Source: a candidate division WOR-3 bacterium
Lineage (GTDB): Bacteria > Hydrothermota > Hydrothermia > LBFQ01
Direction of reading: 5' to 3'
NCBI GenBank assembly: GCA_039802605.1
Contig: JBDRWW010000005.1
Coordinates: forward strand, 36,902-100,901
DNA length: 64,000 nt
Shown here: piece by piece, positions 49,767-58,345 of the stretch
Layout: the number at the start of each line of letters is the position of its first letter
How positions within the stretch are numbered: position 1 is the first letter of the stretch
The notes under the pieces: model-generated
Told to the model about the DNA's origin: nothing
Databases searched by the model: none
The model's input: only the letters and a program-made list of their open reading frames with translations
Position numbers and translations under genes: made by a program

Positions 49767-50047
49767 TTATTTAAAACCCTCCAAATCATCCGGGGAACTT
49801 ATATTTCCCGTCTTCCTCAAAGCTATAAACCTAAATAGGGGATTTCCGAAACACAAGGGCCCTACATTAAATCCACCTTGGCGATTTCAACCATATTACC
49901 GTAATTCCTTTAATGGGGAGTTTGTCAAAACATACCAAGTGGAATACAAAATCACCCTTTATAGCGTACTCATACCTTCCGCCACGAGGAGCGTCCAGTT
50001 TACGAAGTTAAGGAAAATGCCACCATAAGGGGGAACACCCTTTTCAT
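49767..50047 (-). pseudogene. Probable decayed lipoprotein gene
   Basis: TATAAT 11 nt before ATG 50047; MKRVFPLMVAFSLTS then stop, with coding-like continuation KLDAPRGGRYEYAIKG in another frame. Confidence 0.4.
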
Positions 50048-50118
50048 AACCGGCGTGGATTATAAGGCAAAACGGTTATCCGATGGGTTTTCAATGCACC
50101 CTTATATTACATTCTCGT

Positions 50119-53100
50119 ATGGCGGATTTTGTCCATTTACATGTTCATAGCGAGTACAGTTTGCTTGATGGGGCTGCGAGGATTGATGATTTGATTAAAA
50201 AGGCTAAGGAATTGGGGTTTGAAGCATTGGCATTAACTGATCACGGTAATTTATTTGGAGCGATCGAATTCTATGTAAAGGCATTGGAGGAAGGTATTAA
50301 ACCCATTCTCGGAATGGAGGCGTACATAGTTGATGACCTAAACGATAGGAGTAAAAGAGATTACAACCACTTAACCCTGCTCGCAATGGATGAGCGGGGT
50401 TGGAAAAATCTCATAAAGTTGTCATCCATAGGTTGGACAAAGGGGTTTTATTCAAAACCGAGAATTGATAAGAAATCCTTAGAGGAATATTCGGAGGGAA
50501 TAATAGTCCTTTCGGGTTGCCCAAAAGGGGAAATAGCCCAATACATTTTAAACGACAATTATAAAAAGGCCTATGAATTAATAGACTGGTTTAAGGAAGT
50601 TTTCAAGGATAGGTTTTTCCTTGAAGTTCAGGATGTTGGAATACCGGAAAACCAAAAGATAAACACATTCTTACTTGAAGCGTCAAAGAAAACGGGTTTG
50701 AAACTGGTTGCTACAAACGATGTGCATTACATAAACAGGGAGGACAGGCATTTACAGGATATTTTAATGTGTATAGCGCAAGGGACAAAATTGACGGATG
50801 AAAAGAGGTTCAGACTATCCACAGAGGAAATTTATATGAGGACGGAAGAGGAGATGTTAAATCTATTCAAGGATATACCCGAAGCGGTAAAAAATACAAA
50901 ACTCGTGGCTGAAATGATTGATTTAAAGATAGAAATTGACCCACAAAAGTTAAAACTCCCCCTACCCCCCAATGTTAAAGAGCCGTTTGAAGACTTAAAA
51001 GTAAAGGCTTATGAGGGTTTGAGGAGGAAGTTAAATGGTAATATCCCAAAGGAGTATGAGGAAAGGCTTGAATACGAGTTGGAGGTCATAAGGAACACGG
51101 GATTTGCCGGCTATTTCTTGATAATTGAGGATATAATAAACTATTGCAAAAACAACGGTATAATGGTGGGTATAGGGAGGGGATCGGCGGCGGGTTCTTT
51201 GGTCTTGTACGCCCTTGATATTACAGATGTGGATCCTATAAAGTACGGCTTGCTCTTTGAGAGGTTTTTAAACCCCGAAAGGGTTTCCCCTCCGGATGTT
51301 GATATAGACTTTGAGGATAGGAGAAGGGACGAAGTTATAGATTACATAAGGAAAACCTATGGTGAGAATTCAACCGCACAGATAATAACTTTTAGCAAGT
51401 TGAAGCCGAGGGCGGCTTTGAAGGATACCGCAAGAGTTTACGGTATTGAGTTTGATGAGGCAAACCGTATAACAAAACTCGTTCCAAACATACCCTCCGA
51501 TCCCATAACATTAAAGGAAGCGTATGAAACCGTAGAAGATTTTAAAAAGGCGGTTTCAAATGGAAAATGGAAGGAAATAGTTGAAAATGCGATTAAAATA
51601 GAAAATTTTACAAGGGGCGTTAGCGTTCATGCCGCCGGCGTGGTAATTACACCGGGGGAAATAACGGATTATGTACCTTTGGCCGTTGTTAAGGATAGGG
51701 TTGTAACGCAGTTTGATAAGAACACCCTTGAACTTTTGGGCATTTTGAAGATTGATATTTTGGGTTTGAGGACATTAAGCGCCCTGAGTATGGCCGAAAA
51801 GATGATAAGGGAGATATACGACCCCAACTTCTCCTTAAAAGATATACCCCTTGATGACAAAAAGACATTTGAACTACTCCAACAAGGTAAAACCATGGGG
51901 GTATTTCAGCTTGAAAGCCCCGCAATGAGAAAACTTTTAATGAGGTTAAGACCAAACCACATAAACGACATTATAGCATTAAACGCCCTCTACAGACCAG
52001 GACCTATACAGAGCGGTATGGTTGATGAATATATTGAAAGAAAACACGGAAAACCCTATGATTACGAATTCGAAGGGTTAAAACCAATACTTGAAGAGAC
52101 TTACGGGCTTATAGTCTATCAGGAGCAGGTTATGAAGGCGGCACAAATCCTTGCGGGCTTCACACCAGGCGAAGCCGATACGCTGAGAAAAGCAATAGGA
52201 AAGAAAAAGAAGGATCTAATGGACGCCATGAGGGAGAAGTTTATAAACGGGGCGGTTGAAAGGGGATACCCGAAGGAAAAGATAGAGGAACTTTGGGAAA
52301 AGATTGAGAAGTTTGCCAGCTATTCCTTCAACAAATCCCATTCCGTTGCTTACGCGATAACATCCTTTTGGACGGCATACATAAAGGCGCATTACCCCTT
52401 GGTTTTCTACGCATCAACACTGTCATCTTTTAGAACATCGGGGCAACAGAAGTTTTTTGATAACGCACCCCTGTTTATATCCGAGATGAAGGAAAGCGGA
52501 ATAAAAATAGAACCCCCGGATGTGAATAAGAGCGATGTGGAATTCATAATTGATAAGGAGCAGAACAAGATTATATGGGGGCTTGGGTTCATAAAGTCGG
52601 TTGGGGATAGCGCCGCGGAAACCATAGTAAACGAGAGGAGAACTAGGGGGCCTTATAAATCCCTTGAAGAGTTCTCGAAGAGGACGAAGTTAAATAAAAG
52701 GACACTTGAAGGGCTTGCAAAGGCTGGGGCGTTTAGAAGCATTACAAACCTTCCAAAAACAAAAATAATTGAGTATATAAACTTTGGGAAGAAGATCACA
52801 AAGGGAACGTCCAAGGACATATTCGGCATAGGCAAAAAATTGGAAGGGGAAAGCGGAAAGGAAGACTTTAAAACGAATTTGATGATGGAAAGGGAATCCA
52901 TAGGCGTGTACATTTCAGAAAACCCGTTTGAAAGGTATATAAAACTCCGGAATTCCTTGGGACTACCAAAAATTTCCGATTTGGAAAACTATGAGGATAA
53001 AAGGGTTGGGATATTGGGTTCTTTAATGTACTTTTCAAAGAAGAAGTTTAAAAACGGGACAAGGTTTAGCCTTAGGTTGGAAGACGATACGGGGTATGTG

Positions 53101-53598
53101 GATGCAGTAATATTTATAAACGATGACCCCAACTCCTTTGAAAAGAAGCTCTCCGAAAACCTGGTATTATATGTTGAAGGTTTTGTTAGGACTTTGGAGG
53201 TTGAAGACGAAAACGGCGAGGAGGAGGTTAGCATAGAGATAAGGATAGATACCATAAACGATGTTAAAACCGTTGACGAAATGCTTACACAGTTTTTGGA
53301 AAAAATAGACTTAAACCGGGCTTGGAAGGGCTATGTTATGAACATGAACGGATACACGGATGAAATGGATATAAAGAGGGAGTTTGTAAGGTTTTGGATA
53401 AAGGAAATTGCGGGCGAGGAGTTCTCCACATCAGAAATACCGTATATGGAGGGCTTAAGGGTTATAAAAACGTTGAAAACATACGGCTCTAAAATTCTTG
53501 AAAATTCGGAGAACGACCCGATAAAAATGGGTGCGAAGGCCTTATTGTTAAAGGATATAGGTTTATGGCAGGATTTCCTTAGGAGGGTTAAGGGATGA
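50119..53598 (+). CDS. dnaE: DNA polymerase III alpha subunit
   Basis: FVHLHVHSEYSLLDG, GRGSAAGS, PDVDIDF, KIDILGL, FNKSHS; likely ATG 50119. Confidence 0.98.
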   Translation: MADFVHLHVHSEYSLLDGAARIDDLIKKAKELGFEALALTDHGNLFGAIEFYVKALEEGIKPILGMEAYIVDDLNDRSKRDYNHLTLLAMDERGWKNLIKLSSIGWTKGFYSKPRIDKKSLEEYSEGIIVLSGCPKGEIAQYILNDNYKKAYELIDWFKEVFKDRFFLEVQDVGIPENQKINTFLLEASKKTGLKLVATNDVHYINREDRHLQDILMCIAQGTKLTDEKRFRLSTEEIYMRTEEEMLNLFKDIPEAVKNTKLVAEMIDLKIEIDPQKLKLPLPPNVKEPFEDLKVKAYEGLRRKLNGNIPKEYEERLEYELEVIRNTGFAGYFLIIEDIINYCKNNGIMVGIGRGSAAGSLVLYALDITDVDPIKYGLLFERFLNPERVSPPDVDIDFEDRRRDEVIDYIRKTYGENSTAQIITFSKLKPRAALKDTARVYGIEFDEANRITKLVPNIPSDPITLKEAYETVEDFKKAVSNGKWKEIVENAIKIENFTRGVSVHAAGVVITPGEITDYVPLAVVKDRVVTQFDKNTLELLGILKIDILGLRTLSALSMAEKMIREIYDPNFSLKDIPLDDKKTFELLQQGKTMGVFQLESPAMRKLLMRLRPNHINDIIALNALYRPGPIQSGMVDEYIERKHGKPYDYEFEGLKPILEETYGLIVYQEQVMKAAQILAGFTPGEADTLRKAIGKKKKDLMDAMREKFINGAVERGYPKEKIEELWEKIEKFASYSFNKSHSVAYAITSFWTAYIKAHYPLVFYASTLSSFRTSGQQKFFDNAPLFISEMKESGIKIEPPDVNKSDVEFIIDKEQNKIIWGLGFIKSVGDSAAETIVNERRTRGPYKSLEEFSKRTKLNKRTLEGLAKAGAFRSITNLPKTKIIEYINFGKKITKGTSKDIFGIGKKLEGESGKEDFKTNLMMERESIGVYISENPFERYIKLRNSLGLPKISDLENYEDKRVGILGSLMYFSKKKFKNGTRFSLRLEDDTGYVDAVIFINDDPNSFEKKLSENLVLYVEGFVRTLEVEDENGEEEVSIEIRIDTINDVKTVDEMLTQFLEKIDLNRAWKGYVMNMNGYTDEMDIKREFVRFWIKEIAGEEFSTSEIPYMEGLRVIKTLKTYGSKILENSENDPIKMGAKALLLKDIGLWQDFLRRVKG

Positions 53599-54611
53599 TA
53601 TTCCCCTTATGCTCGCCGTATCATCCGTTGTTCGGTTATCAAAACTGCGAAACATACTCCCTAACTTACTTTTACGATATACCGAGATTTACATACGAGA
53701 GGACGATAACATTTGAAAGCTTTTCAAGCTCAACGTTTACGGACATTTACACCTACAAAACCGTTTACGATACCTTTGATTATCAAACCGTGGGCTTTAA
53801 ATTCCATTCCCCCAATGTCGTAGGTGGGGCTTACACGGAAAGGATAAACATAAAGGAAAACTATGCCTTCGGTTTTGTGGGGAGGTATAGGTGGTTTTCG
53901 GGTTTAATTTTGAAAGGGAAGAGAAACCCTTATGAGGAAAAGGCGTATTTTGTGAATTTTGATTACGGGAAGTTTTCCTTAGGCGGCGGGTGGGATAGGG
54001 GTTATAGTTTTGGGGGAAGTTTTGGGGATAAAATATTATTAAAGGGTTTGTATTATTCGTCTTATGATACCGTTTTTGGGGGAGGCTTGGGTTACAGGGG
54101 GGATAACTTTACGCTTTCGCTTTTGGGTGGCTACGGGTTTTTGACGGATTTCCTCTTATTCATCTCGGATTTTCAAGTATCGGGGGGATATAATCTAACT
54201 AAAAGGTTAAAAAATGGGTTTATAACATTGAAGTACGGGGATTTTACGGGTCTATCGCTCGTTTACGGTAAAAGGCCTTGGGGTGAAAATGAGTATATTG
54301 ATAATCCTGAGGTTCAGGGCTTTATAAGTTTTAAAAACCCTTGGTTTTCCACATATCTCAAAGGTGTGTATTTAACCCAAAGGCTTGTGTATAGGATTGC
54401 CGGGGGTATTCAACTGAACTTTTTAAAGTTAAAAGAAATAGCGGAATTAAAACCGGTATTGGATACATATTATGAGGATAACGGAAACCTTTGGGTTAAT
54501 GCGGGGGTAGAGGTGATATTTTACAAGGATTTGCGCATAGGAGCCTTTTACGATTATTGGAAAGGGGGGCAAACCATAGGGGTAAAAGTCCTTTGGAGGT
54601 TGTGGGATTGA
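53595..54611 (+). CDS. Hypothetical outer-membrane beta-barrel-like protein
   Basis: Y/F/G-rich alternating strands ending GVKVLWRLWD. Confidence 0.6.
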   Translation: MIFPLCSPYHPLFGYQNCETYSLTYFYDIPRFTYERTITFESFSSSTFTDIYTYKTVYDTFDYQTVGFKFHSPNVVGGAYTERINIKENYAFGFVGRYRWFSGLILKGKRNPYEEKAYFVNFDYGKFSLGGGWDRGYSFGGSFGDKILLKGLYYSSYDTVFGGGLGYRGDNFTLSLLGGYGFLTDFLLFISDFQVSGGYNLTKRLKNGFITLKYGDFTGLSLVYGKRPWGENEYIDNPEVQGFISFKNPWFSTYLKGVYLTQRLVYRIAGGIQLNFLKLKEIAELKPVLDTYYEDNGNLWVNAGVEVIFYKDLRIGAFYDYWKGGQTIGVKVLWRLWD

Positions 54612-54665
54612 ACAAGGCTTATTATACGACCACATAGTGAGACTGGGTTAGTTTTATAAAAACTC

Positions 54666-54690
54666 CACCCTTAGAATATCTACTATGATG
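54666..54690 (+). repeat. 25-bp direct repeat copy 1 (promoter plus start codons)
   Basis: CACCCTTAGAATATCTACTATGATG, identical to 56655-56679. Confidence 0.9.
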
Positions 54691-54804
54691 CACAGTTGGA
54701 ATATGATGGGAAACGCCATGTGGATGGGTTGGGTAATATGGATACTGATAGTAATAATCCTCGTGTTACTCATCGCGCTTTTACTCAAATATCTGTTTAA
54801 ATAA
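54685..54804 (+). CDS. 39-aa Met/His-rich membrane peptide at the head of the copper operon
   Basis: Manual translation MMHSWNMMGNAMWMGWVIWILIVIILVLLIALLLKYLFK; TAGAAT 7 nt upstream. Confidence 0.6.
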   Translation: MMHSWNMMGNAMWMGWVIWILIVIILVLLIALLLKYLFK

Positions 54805-54815
54805 AGGGTAGAAAT

Positions 54816-56649
54816 ATGGAACACGCACACCACAAGCACCACGGGCACCATAAAAGCATGGAAAAGGATTTTAGGAATAGGTTTATAGTTTCGTTAATCC
54901 TAACCGTACCCATAATCCTTTTATCCGAAACCATACGGGGCTTCTTAGGGATAAACATCAAAATACCTTATGGTGATTTTGTTTCCACATTCATATCCAC
55001 CATTATATTCTTTTACGGCGGATATCCGTTTTTCAAAGGCTTTAAAGACGAGATGGTAAAACGATCACCGGGTATGATGACCCTCATCACCTTAGCAATA
55101 ACCGTGGCATATGTTTATAGTATTGCGGTGGTAATAGGATTTAAAGGTTCACCTTTTTTCTGGGAGCTCGCCACCCTTATAGATATTATGTTGTTGGGAC
55201 ATTGGATAGAAATGAGGTCGGTAATGGGAGCCTCACGGGCTTTAGAAAAACTTAGCAAACTCCTACCGTCCCATGCCATATTGGTGGATGAGAACGGGGA
55301 AACCAGAAAGGTTCATATTCGGGATTTAAAGGTTGGGCATAGGGTTTTGGTTCAAAGCGGGGAAAGGATACCCTTAGACGGTATTGTTATAGACGGCAAG
55401 AGTTATGTGGATGAATCTATGCTTACGGGTGAGTCTAAGCCCGTGGAAAAGTCTAAGGGTTCAAATGTAATAGGTGGTTCGTTGGTTTTGGACGGTTATC
55501 TCATAGTTGAAATAAAGAAAGTTGGGAAAGATACCTATATTCAACAGGTTATGGAAATCGTTAAAAGGGCACAGGAGAGTAGGTCAAAAACCCAAGATTT
55601 GGCGAACAGGTTTGCAAGATACCTAACCGTATTGGCCGTATTGGTAGGTGTTATTACCTTCACCGTTTGGATAGTATTGGGACAAGACTGGCAATACCCT
55701 TGGTCGTGGCGGTATCAACGGCAATAGGGGCAAGTAGGGGTTTGTTGGTAAGAAATAGGGAAGCCTTTGAGAGGGCGAGGAATATAAATGTTGTGGTTTT
55801 TGATAAAACCGGAACTTTAACCTATGGTAGGTTTGAGGTTTCGGAAATCGTTTCCTTGGGTGATAAGGATGAAAGGGATATTCTATCATTAGCCGCATCT
55901 CTGGAAATAAATTCCAGTCATCCAATAGCAAAGGCAATAGTGCCAAGAAAAACGGTGTAAAATTCCTAAAAGTTGAAGATTTTAAAACCCTACCGGGTAA
56001 AGGTGTTGAGGGAAAGATTAACGGAAAAGTATATAGACTGTTGAATCCCAAGTATGTGGAAGGGGTTAATGTACCTTCGGGCAAAACATCGGCTGTGGTG
56101 GTTGAGGATAACAAACCTCTGGGTATAGTAATATTATCCGATAAGGTCAGACCGGAATCCAAAGAAGCCATAAAAAAACTATCCGAAATGGGTATTAAAT
56201 GCGTTATGATAACCGGGGATAATGAGGCGGTGGCTTCGGCGGTTGCCGGGGAACTGAATATAACGGAATACTACGCGGGAGTTATGCCCCACGAAAAGGC
56301 TGAAAAGATTAAAGAGATCAAGGGAAGGGGGTTTAAGGTCGCTATGGTGGGAGATGGTATAAACGACGCCCCCGCACTCGTAGAGGCAGATGTAGGAATA
56401 GCAATAGGAACCGGAACGGACATAGCAATTGAATCCGCGGATATAATTCTGGTTAAGGATAACCCTTTGGATGTCGTGTTTTTATTTAAACTCTCCAAGG
56501 CAACATATAGAAAAAATGTATTCGCCATACCGTTAGCAGCAGGAGTCTTATACCCCTTAGGTATAACCCTTACACCCGCCACAGGGGCATTGCTTATGTC
56601 TTTAAGTACCGTAATAGTAGCCATAAACTCCCGTTTCCTACGCGTTTAA
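54816..56649 (+). pseudogene. copB: Cu-translocating P1B-type ATPase (CopB-like), three fragments
   Basis: His-rich N-terminus, TGES, DKTGTLT, HP, GDGINDAPAL; frameshifts near 55688 (CPH segment lost) and 55941; in-frame loss at YRK|NVFAIP. Confidence 0.9.
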
Positions 56650-56654
56650 ATTTT

Positions 56655-56679
56655 CACCCTTAGAATATCTACTATGATG
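56655..56679 (+). repeat. 25-bp direct repeat copy 2 (promoter plus start codons)
   Basis: CACCCTTAGAATATCTACTATGATG, identical to 54666-54690. Confidence 0.9.
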
Positions 56680-57063
56680 AATAGTAGAACTTTCACAGCC
56701 GCATTTTTAACGCTTTTGACTTGCACTTCCGGGAATAATTATCCCGAGGTTATATCCTTCAAGGGGGCAGGATATGAGGTAAGGATATACTCAAAAGACG
56801 GCGATTTAAATGTTGGGCTAAACGATATAAGGGTTGAGGTAAAACCCCCAGCAAAAATTGAAGAGCTCTACCTCTATATGCCCGAGATGAAAGATTATGC
56901 CCAATTAAAGGAGGAGAAAAAAGGTGTATATTCGGGAAGCATAAGCATTAGTATGGAAGGCCCTTGGGAGTTGAGGATTAAAGTTAACGGAAAAGATATT
57001 CGCAAGGAGATAACTATACCTGTTAAGGGAGGTGCTTCGGAAAATGAAAAACATAGCCACTAA
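56674..57063 (+). CDS. YtkA/FixH-like lipoprotein, paralog of the CusB N-terminal domain
   Basis: YPEVISF...VGLNDI.VEV.PPAKIEE.YLYMP...GVYSGSISISMEGPW. Confidence 0.7.
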   Translation: MMNSRTFTAAFLTLLTCTSGNNYPEVISFKGAGYEVRIYSKDGDLNVGLNDIRVEVKPPAKIEELYLYMPEMKDYAQLKEEKKGVYSGSISISMEGPWELRIKVNGKDIRKEITIPVKGGASENEKHSH

Positions 57064-58345
57064 GTGGGTTTTTGCCTTAATTCTCCTTTTTTCGTGTAAA
57101 GGCGGGAAATTTCCCGAGGTTATAAGTTTTGGCGGTGAAGGTTATACGATAAAGGTTTATTCAAAAAGTGGGGAATTAAAAGTTGGACTAAACGACATAA
57201 TGGTTGAAGTGCAACCACCTGCAAAAATAGAAGAATTCTATTTATACATGCCTCCAATGCCCGGAATGCCGGAGATGAGAGCGTTTGCAAACATAAAAGA
57301 AAAGGGAAAGGGAATTTATGAGGGTAAGATTAGCATAAGTATGGAAGGCTCTTGGCAGATAAGGGCTAAGGTTGACGGAAAGGTTTTAAAAAGGGATATA
57401 AACATACCTTTAAGAGGTGAAAAGCACATGCACGAGGGTATGGACATGGGAAATGTAATGGAATTGACCGCCGCAAAACTTGCGGCTTTTAATGTATCCA
57501 CTTATAAGGTGGATACCCTAAGCGTTCCCGCAGTCATTTACGCCTCGGGAAGCATAAAATATCCCAAAAGTAAAACATTTATGATAACCCCGAGGTTTTC
57601 GGGTTATATAACCGAGATTTTTGTGGATAGGGAGGGTAGTTTTGTGGAAAGGGGTACCCCCCTCTTTGAGTTTTATTCCCCTGAGATTGTTAGGACATAC
57701 GAGGAGTACATAAACGCGAAAGAAACCGGGGATAGCGTATCCTTGACATTGACTTTGGAAAAATTCTCAATATATGGAATATCCCCCGATGATGTTAAGG
57801 ATACATTGGCGGTTTTTAGATCCCCTTCCTCGGGGAAGGTTTCAAAAGTAATGGTGGCTAAGGGGATGATGTTTTCCGAAAACCAAAGCTTATACGAGTT
57901 AGTTACGGGGAAAGTGTTTTACTTTGTGGGGGAAGTTCCACAGGAAAAGGCGAAGCATTTATATCCGGGCTCTTTGGTGGAAATTGAGGGTATATACGCG
58001 AGGTTGGATAGGGTATTCCCAGAGGTTAATCCGGAAACAAAAACGATTAGGTTTATTTCGGTTTTTACAACGGAAAGGGATCTCTACGAAGGTATGATAT
58101 TAACGGCCAAGATAAAGAGGATGGTTAAGGGGTTGTTTGTCCCGAAGGATGCCGTAATAAGGACGGGGACCGCCGATTTTGTTTATTTGAAGGTTCGGGA
58201 TAACGCCTTTTTACCAAAAAGGGTTAAGGTTTTATCCGAAGTTGAAAACGGCTATATGGTAGAGGGCTTGAAGGTGGGAGATGAGGTTGTTGCAAAGGGG
58301 GTATTCTTCATAGATGCCGAGGCCAACCTTAGGGGGTTAAGATGA
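57044..58345 (+). CDS. cusB: CusB-like RND periplasmic adaptor with N-terminal YtkA-like domain
   Basis: FS-C lipobox, MPPMPGMPEM, HMHEGMDM, YSPE, SP.SG, VPKDAVIRTG, GLKVGDEVV; likely ATG 57044. Confidence 0.85.
   Translation: MKNIATKWVFALILLFSCKGGKFPEVISFGGEGYTIKVYSKSGELKVGLNDIMVEVQPPAKIEEFYLYMPPMPGMPEMRAFANIKEKGKGIYEGKISISMEGSWQIRAKVDGKVLKRDINIPLRGEKHMHEGMDMGNVMELTAAKLAAFNVSTYKVDTLSVPAVIYASGSIKYPKSKTFMITPRFSGYITEIFVDREGSFVERGTPLFEFYSPEIVRTYEEYINAKETGDSVSLTLTLEKFSIYGISPDDVKDTLAVFRSPSSGKVSKVMVAKGMMFSENQSLYELVTGKVFYFVGEVPQEKAKHLYPGSLVEIEGIYARLDRVFPEVNPETKTIRFISVFTTERDLYEGMILTAKIKRMVKGLFVPKDAVIRTGTADFVYLKVRDNAFLPKRVKVLSEVENGYMVEGLKVGDEVVAKGVFFIDAEANLRGLR

Noticed and set aside
49756-50028. 90-aa plus-strand ORF after nadC
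   Set aside because: No recognisable features; the region is better explained as a decayed minus-strand gene with its own promoter, though this is not certain
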